This document shows, piece after piece, positions 1 through 6,582 of a stretch of DNA of 20,103 nucleotides. This DNA is from Clostridia bacterium. GTDB lineage: Bacteria; Bacillota; Clostridia; Christensenellales; Aristaeellaceae. Position numbers and translations under genes: made by a program. The DNA lies in the NCBI GenBank assembly GCA_030526225.1, contig JAUNDF010000022.1:9273-29375 (forward strand), written 5' to 3'. The notes below the pieces were generated by a model. The model was not told the origin of the DNA. It saw only the letters and a list, made by a program, of their open reading frames with translations, and did no database searches. Position 1 is the stretch's first letter. Each line of letters opens with the position of its first letter.

Positions 1-438
1 ACCCCCGTGCCGCAAAACATCGCCCTGATGGACAAGGCTGCGGTGAAGCTGACTGGCGAAGCCAAGCCCCTCAAGTGCCTGCGCAAGGTGGACGGCATCC
101 TGATGGAAGCCGACCCGCGGGTGTATCAGGCGGATACGGTGCTGGTCAATGCCGAGGACATCTGCGGCGCCATGGATGGCTGGTACTTCCACAAGGCAAG
201 CGACACCAGCTTTGAAATCAAGCTGGGCGACAAAATCATTCAGCTGGATTGGGATGCCGACCGCAACGTGATGACCATCACCGGCGAGGATGGCGAAACG
301 GTGGAGGCCACCGCCAAGCAGCTGCGCATGCACGAAGACGGCGTCCTGCTGGGCGCAGACTTCCTGCGGGAATACCTCCGCACCGATGCCCAGTGGCAGC
401 CCGCCACCAGCATCCTGACGCTGACGAAGCAGGGGTGA
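1..438 (+). CDS. Hypothetical protein, C-terminal part (5' end lies outside the window)
   Basis: Frame 1 is open from base 1 and stops at TGA 436-438. It is followed by a strong hairpin terminator. I recognise no diagnostic motif, only a weak resemblance to copper-amine-oxidase-N-terminal-like stalk domains. Confidence 0.55.
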   Translation, partial: TPVPQNIALMDKAAVKLTGEAKPLKCLRKVDGILMEADPRVYQADTVLVNAEDICGAMDGWYFHKASDTSFEIKLGDKIIQLDWDADRNVMTITGEDGETVEATAKQLRMHEDGVLLGADFLREYLRTDAQWQPATSILTLTKQG

Positions 439-453
439 GGTTCCCCCATAAGC

Positions 454-491
454 AAAAGAGACTGTGAAGCATTTTCACAGTCTCTTTTTTT
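454..491. terminator. Bidirectional rho-independent terminator between convergent genes
   Basis: Perfect 15-bp stem: aaaagagactgtgaa (454-468) pairs with ttcacagtctctttt (474-488), loop gcatt. A T-run follows on the plus strand. An A-run precedes it, which gives a T-run on the minus strand. Confidence 0.8.
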
Positions 492-1245
492 ACACCGGCA
501 ATTGTATTATATCCTCTTCCACCGTCAGCTGCCGCATTTTCCCGTTGCGGATGAGGTAGCCCTCGCCGTACAGCAGGGCCCTGCCGTTTTCCACCAGCAC
601 ATAGCTGCCGTCGGGGATGGCGTAGAAGCTGCGGCCCATGCTGTCGCCGTAGGTGATGTCCTCGTACAGGCGCATGCCGTCGAGGATGTTGTCCTTCACC
701 ATCTGATAGTGGGGGATGATTTGAATCTCCGTCAGCCCAAGGCCGGGGATGAACCGCCGGAAATCCGGGTCGATGGCTTCGCCCTTTTCCTCCGGCTGGG
801 CATACACGGGGTCACAGCAGTTCATGCTGCCGGCGCTGATGCCCATCACCACGCCCTCAAACCGCTGCAGCAGGGCAGGGAGGCCAATCCGGTGGAAGAA
901 CGCATTCTCCGTGGGCACATGACCGCCGGCCAGAAGCACCACATCAGAGGCGGCAATCAGCCCCTTGGCATCGCTGCTGTTTCGGCTGTCCAGCATGTGC
1001 GCCTCCCGGAAGGCCATGCCGTGGTAGGCAAAGCATCCGGCGAAGGTGGCCAGCATCTCGTCATTGCCCCGGGCATCCTCCGGATAGGCGGCCACCATGG
1101 TCATCACGCCGCCGGGAGCCACGCGCTTCTGCAGCTCCATGACAAAGCGGTTGCGGGTGAAAAAGATGCAGGGCAGGGACACGCCCGCCGGCACATTGTC
1201 ATCACAGGGACTGCTGGTGAGAAACACACTGCGGCCCATGCTCAT
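490..1245 (-). CDS. Peptidase S51 family protein (dipeptidase E / class I glutamine-amidotransferase-like fold)
   Basis: 251-aa ORF with LLAGGHVPTENAF and GISAGSMN (nucleophile Ser context), as in S51 peptidases. Stop is TAA. The start is 6 nt after the stop of the upstream repressor gene, so the two form an operon. Confidence 0.75.
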   Translation of the reverse strand: MSMGRSVFLTSSPCDDNVPAGVSLPCIFFTRNRFVMELQKRVAPGGVMTMVAAYPEDARGNDEMLATFAGCFAYHGMAFREAHMLDSRNSSDAKGLIAASDVVLLAGGHVPTENAFFHRIGLPALLQRFEGVVMGISAGSMNCCDPVYAQPEEKGEAIDPDFRRFIPGLGLTEIQIIPHYQMVKDNILDGMRLYEDITYGDSMGRSFYAIPDGSYVLVENGRALLYGEGYLIRNGKMRQLTVEEDIIQLPV

Positions 1246-1251
1246 GCCCCC

Positions 1252-1980
1252 TTACAGCTCAATTTCCAGCCGGGTGGCGCGGCCAAGGAAGCTGATTTCG
1301 TTCAGCTTCAACGTCACGGCCTCGTACTCCCGGTCGTAGCTCTGCAGCAGCACCGTGAAGCTGTCCAGCTTCTTCACCTTGCGCAGGCAGCGGTGCTGAT
1401 TGTACTCCACCACCATCACGGCGCCGTCCACGGGGCTTTGGGCGGGGACCACAAACACCACATCCCCCCGGTGGATGCGGAAGCCGCGCATGCTGTCATC
1501 CGGCGCGGTAAAGTAGAACACCTTGTCGGGATTGGCCCCCTGAATCTTGCCGTTTTCCACGGGAATCAGCCGGTAGCCGGTGGGCTTCATCACGGCGTTC
1601 ATCACCGGTACGCGCTTGATCACGCTGGAGAGCGCATCCAGCCACACGCTGCCCATGCCGCCCTGCTCCTTTTCGGTGGCGGCCACCTTTTCGGCCTCGG
1701 GCTGCTTCGGCTTCTGCGTCATGGCCTTGGCCATGGCAGGCTGCACGGTGGCCAGGTCCACGGTGGCGGCAATATCATCCAGGGAAAAATCCACCTCGGT
1801 CTGCTCCCGGACGCCGATGGTCTTCAAAATGCGGCGGGCCTGATCATCGGCAATAATGCGGGTGCCGGCCTCCACGGCGGTGATAAAGCTTTCGCTGACG
1901 CCGCACTTTTTGGCCACCTGCTTGGGTGTCATCTTGGCGCGGAGCCGTTCGGTGCGGATTAAATCGCCCAGTCTGCTCAT
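1252..1980 (-). CDS. XRE-family HTH / peptidase S24 (CI/LexA-like) self-cleaving repressor
   Basis: N-terminal HTH (LRAKMTPKQVAKKCGVSESFITAVEAG), a Pro/Glu/Lys-rich linker, and a C-terminal S24 domain with catalytic Ser (APDDSMRG) and Lys (CLRKVKK). I chose ATG at 1978-1980 (MSRLGDL) because GAGG lies 8 nt upstream. The longer ORF to 2058 has no RBS. Confidence 0.85.
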   Translation of the reverse strand: MSRLGDLIRTERLRAKMTPKQVAKKCGVSESFITAVEAGTRIIADDQARRILKTIGVREQTEVDFSLDDIAATVDLATVQPAMAKAMTQKPKQPEAEKVAATEKEQGGMGSVWLDALSSVIKRVPVMNAVMKPTGYRLIPVENGKIQGANPDKVFYFTAPDDSMRGFRIHRGDVVFVVPAQSPVDGAVMVVEYNQHRCLRKVKKLDSFTVLLQSYDREYEAVTLKLNEISFLGRATRLEIEL

Positions 1981-2029
1981 ACTGTCAACCTCACGAATAT
2001 GCTTGATTTTGTGCAAAACACATAGGGGT

Positions 2030-2058
2030 ATTGTACCGCGTTTGCGGCAATTGTGCAA
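2030..2058 (-). promoter_or_regulatory. Candidate sigma-70 promoter of the repressor-S51 operon, with two TTGCACAA operator-like repeats
   Basis: On the minus strand: TTGCAC (2053-2058), a 17-nt spacer, then TACAAT (2030-2035). The octamer TTGTGCAA occurs twice on the plus strand (2009-2016 and 2051-2058), 42 nt apart. One copy overlaps the -35. Confidence 0.5.
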
Positions 2059-2061
2059 CCG

Positions 2062-2529
2062 TCAGCCGCGTGTCAGGTGAGCCAGCAGGCTTTCACAGGC
2101 CTCGGTAATGTCATCCCAGCAGGCGGAAAAATCGCCGCTGTACCACGGGTCGGCGATGTCCCGGGGGCGGTCTGAAAAATCCAGCATGCGGTGGATTTTG
2201 CCCTCTGGGTCGCTGGGGATGATGCGCCTGAGGTTGCGGATGTTCCAGCTTTCCGCGCACAGCAGCAGGTCAAAGTCCTCGTAATCCGCAGCCGTCACCT
2301 GCCGGGCCCGCTTGCCTTCGCAGCGGATGCCGTGGCGGCGCAATTCATCCCTCGCCGGGGGATACACCGGATTGCCGATGCCGTTCCAAATCTCCTCGGT
2401 GCTGGTGGCCGCCGACTCCGCGTAAAACGCCTTCTCCAGCCCCCGCTTTTGCACCATGTCCTTGAAAACAAACTAAGCCATTGGGCTGCGGCAAATATTG
2501 CCGTGGCAAATGAACAGGATTTTCTTCAT
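2062..2529 (-). CDS. Low-molecular-weight protein-tyrosine phosphatase interrupted by one in-frame TAG at codon 19 (2473-2475)
   Basis: ATG 2527-2529 with GGAGAG upstream gives MKKILFICHGNICRSPMA-TAG-FVFKDMVQKRGLEK... in one frame. The CX5R(S) P-loop lies before the TAG and the D-loop DIADPWYSG after it. The total of 155 codons is the normal family size. Stop is TGA. Under the standard code this would be annotated as a pseudogene or as the 131-aa fragment 2062-2457. Confidence 0.85.
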
Positions 2530-2559
2530 CGTCTTTTCTCTCCGTATAAGTGCTGTGTT

Positions 2560-2644
2560 TCTTCTCAAATGCCCGATATTTCCGGGATTGCGGCATTTTT
2601 GCATTTCTTCGTCTGCGGGATATCTTCTCAAATCTTCCCGGATT
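2560..2644. repeat. Two imperfect direct repeats next to the integrase 3' end (candidate arm-type or end-region sites)
   Basis: TCTTCTCAAATgcccgatatTTCCGGGATT (2560-2589) and TCTTCTCAAATcTTCCCGGATT (2623-2644), with starts 63 nt apart, in the 183-bp spacer between the int stop and the LMW-PTP start. Confidence 0.5.
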
Positions 2645-2679
2645 TTCTCATGCTTTTCTCCGCAAAATTGGTAAAATCG

Positions 2680-2704
2680 TTGGTAAATTTCGTGTGTTTA
2701 CCAA
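2680..2704 (-). terminator. Hairpin just downstream of int (weak terminator candidate)
   Basis: TTGGTAAA (2680-2687) pairs with TTTACCAA (2697-2704) around a 9-nt loop, 9 nt after the int stop. Only a modest T-rich tail follows on the minus strand. A third direct copy of TTGGTAAA lies at 2668-2675. Confidence 0.4.
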
Positions 2705-2712
2705 TGGGGTTT

Positions 2713-3912
2713 TCAGCCCTGAGCCAAACGCTGAAGCTCGTCCTTCACATCATCGAAATGCACATGGGTGTAAACATTCATCGTGACGCCGATGTCGGCA
2801 TGGCCCATGATGTACTGCAGCGTTTTGGGGTTCATGCCGGATTTCGCCATGTTGGAGCAGAAGGTGTGGCGGCATACATGCGGGGTCACCTTGGGCATCT
2901 GGATGCGGTAAATCCTGTTGTACTTGTCTACAATGTGCTGGATGTACTTTTCCCAGTGCAGGGCAACCATGGGCTTCTCGTTTTTGTCCAGAAACAGGAA
3001 GCCGATATATCCATCCACCATGGGCTCCACCTTCGGCTTCACACGATTGGCAAGGATGCGGCGGAAACAGGCAGCTACTTCCTCTGTCATGGGGATATAG
3101 CGGACACCGCTTTCCGTCTTGGGCGATTGAATCACATATTCCATCTGTGATGTCCGCTGCAGCTGATGATCAACCTTGATGCGCATCTGGTCGAACTCGA
3201 TATCAGCCATGGTCAATCCACAGAATTCGGAAATGCGCAGCCCCGTGTGGAAAAGGATGTAGATGCCATCGTAGTACCGGCAGAAATGCTTGTCCTCCTG
3301 GATGAACCGCAGCAGCTCCCGTTCCTGCTTTCGGGTGATGGCCTCCCGGGTAACGGAATCATTCACAATCACAGAGGCCAGCTCGAAGCCAAAGGGATTC
3401 TTGCGAATCAGGTCATCATCCACCGCCATCTGAAAGGCCGGACGCAGCACACCTCTGATGGAGTGAATGGAGCTGTAGCCCCGACCATCCACCTGTTGGA
3501 GCTTAATCAGCCACGCCTTTGCATCAGACAGGCGTACCTTGTCGATACGCAGGCTGCCGAAGGGGTCTTTGTTCAGGAGGCTGATGACCGTTCGATAACC
3601 GGCGCGGGTGTTGTGGGTTACGCCGGTTTTCAGGGATACATATTTCTCAACCAGCTCCACCACCGTGTAATTCCCGCCGTGGGTCACAATGTGGTCAAAG
3701 AGGTCTGCCTGAATCTGCTTTTCCTTCTCCCGCAGAGAGGGCTCACGTTTTTTGCCCTTGGGCATGGGATCGTTCTTGTCCAGCCGCCAGCTGTACACAT
3801 TCTTTTCTTTGCCGTCCTCGTCGATATAACGGTAACGATACCGCCCATCGGCTCGCTGATATTCGCCATCGTGCAGAATCCGGTTACGGCTGTCTCGTCT
3901 TTTTTCGCTCAT
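2713..3912 (-). CDS. int: Tyrosine recombinase / integrase, Tn916 Int family, with N-terminal arm-binding domain
   Basis: The N-terminus MSEKRRDSRNRILHDGEYQRADGRYRYRYIDEDGKEKNVYSWRL closely resembles the Tn916 Int arm-binding domain. The catalytic region has HTGLRISE (Arg), HVCRHTF (His-x-x-Arg), GHADIGVT and NVYTH (Tyr). RBS is AAAGGAGAG. Stop is TGA. Confidence 0.95.
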   Translation of the reverse strand: MSEKRRDSRNRILHDGEYQRADGRYRYRYIDEDGKEKNVYSWRLDKNDPMPKGKKREPSLREKEKQIQADLFDHIVTHGGNYTVVELVEKYVSLKTGVTHNTRAGYRTVISLLNKDPFGSLRIDKVRLSDAKAWLIKLQQVDGRGYSSIHSIRGVLRPAFQMAVDDDLIRKNPFGFELASVIVNDSVTREAITRKQERELLRFIQEDKHFCRYYDGIYILFHTGLRISEFCGLTMADIEFDQMRIKVDHQLQRTSQMEYVIQSPKTESGVRYIPMTEEVAACFRRILANRVKPKVEPMVDGYIGFLFLDKNEKPMVALHWEKYIQHIVDKYNRIYRIQMPKVTPHVCRHTFCSNMAKSGMNPKTLQYIMGHADIGVTMNVYTHVHFDDVKDELQRLAQG

Positions 3913-3934
3913 GGAATCTCTCCTTTCAAAAGAA

Positions 3935-3980
3935 GGAGAGCCAGACTTGCGATTTCATTGTATCACAAATCTGACTCTCC
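3935..3980 (-). terminator. Long xis-int intercistronic hairpin with U-tract (attenuator/terminator candidate)
   Basis: On the minus strand, GGAGAGUCAGAUUUG pairs with CAAGUCUGGCUCUCC (15 bp including 2 G-U pairs, 16-nt loop), followed by UUCUUUUG. The 3' arm CUCUCC can alternatively pair with the int RBS GGAGAG (plus 3918-3923). Confidence 0.55.
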
Positions 3981-4031
3981 GTATAGCTATGTCATGGGAA
4001 AACGGCAGTTTTGCCATGATGGTTTTACAAA

Positions 4032-4268
4032 TCAGACAGCGGTGGCCTGATCCAGGTACCGCTCGAACTTTTCGCGCTTAATCAATGCCCGGTTGCCGTT
4101 CATCACATAGAAATCCTCATGCGGATGCTGGTCAATGAGCATGCGCAGTTTTCCTTCGCCGATGTGGTAGTACCGTGCTGCTTCCTCGATGGTCAGCGTA
4201 TACCGGCGCCATACGGGGATGTCATAATACTTCATTTCGTTTTCGTTGTTCTTGATATTTGCCATCAA
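4032..4268 (-). CDS. xis: Excisionase (Tn916 Xis-like HTH protein)
   Basis: The 78-aa product contains [30 protein letters not shown]...[19 protein letters not shown]. This closely parallels Tn916 Xis ([29 protein letters not shown]...IMNGNRIQIKRKQFEKI). It lies directly upstream of int. RBS is GGAGGTG. Confidence 0.9.
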   Translation of the reverse strand: [78 protein letters not shown]

Positions 4269-4308
4269 TATTCACCTCCAGAGATTAGAGCAGAGAGAGG
4301 CCGGTGCG

Positions 4309-4491
4309 GTGTCTGACACACTGACACACCGGCACACACGGTTTGAAAACTTTTTTCTTTCTGCTCCTATGTTTTTACTATTTCAAACTCTTTATATTTT
4401 AGTGTGTCAAGTGTGTCAAAAGCCGGAAACCCTTCTCTCATAAGGGTTTGACCGACACACTGCCTGACACACCCGCTGACACACTGTGTCA
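4309..4491. repeat. Iteron field: at least 8 copies of TGACACAC / GTGTGTCA in both orientations around an AT-rich core
   Basis: Forward copies lie at 4314-4321, 4322-4329, 4465-4472 and 4477-4484. Degenerate forward copies lie at 4331-4339 and 4453-4460. Reverse copies lie at 4402-4409 and 4411-4418. Terminal palindromes are GTGTCTGACAC (4309-4319) and TGACACACTGTGTCA (4477-4491). An 8-bp hairpin AAACCCTT/AAGGGTTT lies at 4427-4449. Confidence 0.85.
4391..4419 (-). promoter_or_regulatory. Candidate xis-int promoter embedded in the iterons
   Basis: On the minus strand: TTGACA (4414-4419, part of an iteron), a 17-nt spacer, then TATAAA (4391-4396). Three iterons then lie in the roughly 115-nt leader before xis. 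Confidence 0.5.
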
Positions 4492-4508
4492 AAAGGGAAT
4501 GAAATTGA

Positions 4509-4727
4509 TTAAGTTATGGCCTTGAACCCTTCATCTATACGGGTTTCTCGGAGGCCGAAGACGCTGCGCGGCAGCGCCCTGATACAATCATCGGCACCAG
4601 CGTGCCGTTCTTTCATAAAATATTCAATTGTCAGTGAATTGGTTTGCCGTTCGTACTGTCTGTGCTTCCCTCCCTTGGCTTCAAAGACTATGGGTGGGAC
4701 GGGCGACCCACCCATGATTTGCATCAT
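4509..4727 (-). CDS. Hypothetical small protein (72 aa), start overlaps the relaxase stop
   Basis: The ATG at 4725-4727 overlaps the relaxase TGA (4724-4726) as ATGA, which suggests translational coupling. I recognise no motif. Stop is TAA. Confidence 0.3.
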   Translation of the reverse strand: MMQIMGGSPVPPIVFEAKGGKHRQYERQTNSLTIEYFMKERHAGADDCIRALPRSVFGLRETRIDEGFKAIT

Positions 4728-5962
4728 CGTTCATATGCATGCCGTTTGCCGGTGTGCAGCTTCGGCTTCAGTTTTTCAACCACCGCAGGGCGAACAGCCT
4801 CGGTAATCTTGAACTTGGTATCGTCTTTGCGGATGGGAGACATCAGGCGAATCCGCACATCTTCGGCCATGGAGAGCAAGGCGCTGAACAAATCTTCCTT
4901 TGTTTTGCCAAGCCATTGCAGAATCGTTCCCCTGACGGTAGGCGGGGCATCACTGCCGGCAGCATAGATGGCGTTCTCGAACCGAAGGTCGATTTGACGG
5001 GCAGTCACTTCATGCACGATCTTGCTGACATCCTCAACGGCCTTGTCGTAGCACTCCGAAGTGACCTCATCCAGCAGAGTGTCAACATCCTCCAGCCGCA
5101 GGAGCTTTGCATCCAGCTCGGCTTCTTTCTCAGCCAGGGCAGCGTCCTTGGCTTCGATTTCAGCCTTTTGTGCTTCAATCATTGCCTTCTGCTTTTCGAT
5201 GATGTAATCGTTCTTCTCCAGATACTCCCGACCGCCGTAGATGGCCTCGCGCTCGACTTCCACCCCGTGGGCTTGACAGATGTCAAGGAGCAGCTCCCGG
5301 CAGATGTTGTCGAAGGTCTTCTTCCGATGATTGTCCCGGCCCGGCTTCTGATTGGGATACGGCAAGGGAATCCCCAGCTGCTCCAGCGCCTTCTCCTGCT
5401 TCGGCTCCACCTCGCCGTAGCGGTTGGTGATGTCGAAAACCTGCCTTGCATGGATATGCGGTGAGGTTTCGTCCAAATGCAGTGCCCAGTCCAGTACATG
5501 GACATGGCTGCCATATTTCTGTTCCAGCGTGTCGAAGAACTCGGTCACGATGGCTGTCAGCACCTCCGGCGGAGGACAATCGCCCTCCTTGCCGATTTGG
5601 TACACGGTCTCCTCGGGGCAGAATCGCTTGTCCTTCAGCAAATCGTCCACCGTGCGGTTGCGCTTCATGTGGCCGGATTTCTTGTTGCGCTGATGCTGTC
5701 CGGCGATGTAATCACCATAGCGGCGTTCATACTCATCGTGTTCGTGCTGATTGAAGGTGGGATACAGGCCGCTCATCTGCTCCTCATGGGTGCGCAGACC
5801 GTTCCGGCAATCCCAGTAGAGGTTGTGCTGAGTTCGGGCTTGGTCGATGTTCTCGGCGTTGGCTACATCGAAGTTGCGGTCGTTGTGCTTGGGGTTGTAA
5901 ACGCCGTGCTTTCCGGCTCGACCGTTGTGCCGGGAAACACGCTTCTTTTCAGGCATGGACAT
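4724..5962 (-). CDS. MobV-family relaxase (Mob_Pre / plasmid recombination enzyme type)
   Basis: It carries the signature HLDETSPHIHA (HxDExxPHxH metal-binding motif of MobV relaxases) and a coiled-coil-like C-terminal half (EKQKAMIEAQKAEIEAKDAALAEKEAELDAKLL). I chose the start at 5960-5962 (MSMPEKK) because a perfect AAAGGAGG lies upstream. The longer ORF to 6034 is rejected. Confidence 0.9.
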   Translation of the reverse strand: MSMPEKKRVSRHNGRAGKHGVYNPKHNDRNFDVANAENIDQARTQHNLYWDCRNGLRTHEEQMSGLYPTFNQHEHDEYERRYGDYIAGQHQRNKKSGHMKRNRTVDDLLKDKRFCPEETVYQIGKEGDCPPPEVLTAIVTEFFDTLEQKYGSHVHVLDWALHLDETSPHIHARQVFDITNRYGEVEPKQEKALEQLGIPLPYPNQKPGRDNHRKKTFDNICRELLLDICQAHGVEVEREAIYGGREYLEKNDYIIEKQKAMIEAQKAEIEAKDAALAEKEAELDAKLLRLEDVDTLLDEVTSECYDKAVEDVSKIVHEVTARQIDLRFENAIYAAGSDAPPTVRGTILQWLGKTKEDLFSALLSMAEDVRIRLMSPIRKDDTKFKITEAVRPAVVEKLKPKLHTGKRHAYER

Positions 5963-6240
5963 GCCTCCTTTCTTTTTGGTTGGTAGCCTCCCCGCAGGGA
6001 GCCTGTGTTTTTCGGCAGGCAATACCCAGTACAAAGTGTCGAATCCCTCCGGGCCACTTCGCTTTCAACACTTCACTGGGCCAAAGGGCTGCGGCCCTCT
6101 GGACTTCCGGGGAATACAACAGGGCCACGCCCTTCGGTACGACCCTGTTGATGCGGTGCTCCTTTGGTGCAAATTGATGCCATCTCGCCGACCGTCTCGC
6201 ACCATCGGAGCCGGATTTGGTGCGGATTCGCACCGGCCGG

Positions 6241-6582
6241 TCAGCTGCCCATCATGTCCAGCAGCGTGTCGATGTCCTCGTCATCCGGCGCATCATCTGC
6301 GACGGGCTCGGACGGTTTTGCCTGCCTCATTGCCTGCATCAGCGTTGCGAGTGCGGAGGAGGACAATTCCTCCCGGACAATGGCTCGGATGGCATCCTTC
6401 TGATGCTCATCAAAGCAGGGGGCTTCCCGCTGATGACCGTAGTAGCCATTGACCGCATGAACGATGGCCTCGGTCAGTTTGATATGCTGCTCATCCCGCG
6501 CCTGATACAGAAGAGTCAGCGCTGCCTGATGCTCAGGCTTGTCTGCATACAGCCGAAGGGTTGTGCGAAAAATCTCCTTCAC
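6241..6582 (-). CDS. ParR-like partition adaptor candidate (ribbon-helix-helix-like N-terminus, acidic C-terminal tail)
   Basis: The 113-aa ORF has a GTG start overlapping the parM stop (GTGA). The N-terminus FRTTLRLYADKPEHQAAL looks like a strand-helix (RHH) element. The C-terminus DDAPDDEDIDTLLDMM is acidic. The position downstream of parM matches parMR organisation. The function is inferred from context only. Confidence 0.45.
   Translation of the reverse strand: MKEIFRTTLRLYADKPEHQAALTLLYQARDEQHIKLTEAIVHAVNGYYGHQREAPCFDEHQKDAIRAIVREELSSSALATLMQAMRQAKPSEPVADDAPDDEDIDTLLDMMGS

Noticed and set aside
502-1962. A 486-aa plus-strand ORF, the longest in this region
   Set aside because: It is antisense to two genes with clear family motifs (S51 peptidase and XRE-S24 repressor). 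The product is a His/Ala/Gly/Leu-rich low-complexity sequence with no RBS. This is a typical shadow ORF of GC-rich coding DNA.
1981-2058. N-terminal extensions offered by the ORF track for several genes (1252-2058, 4724-6034, 7909-8559, 9560-10396, 14064-15197, 16990-17664)
   Set aside because: In each case an internal ATG has a strong GGAGG-type RBS and begins the conserved part of the protein. The extension has odd composition or runs across promoters, terminators or the neighbouring gene.
2191-4050. Plus-strand ORFs of 319 aa (2191-3150) and 294 aa (3166-4050)
   Set aside because: They are antisense to the LMW-PTP and Tn916-type integrase genes. They have no recognisable motifs or RBS, so they are shadow ORFs.
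6035-6065. A TCGAATCC string resembling a tRNA T-loop (a possible suppressor tRNA)
   Set aside because: I could not build flanking T-stem, acceptor-stem or anticodon-arm pairing on either strand. I found no tRNA gene in this window, so the decoder of TAG, if any, must be encoded elsewhere.
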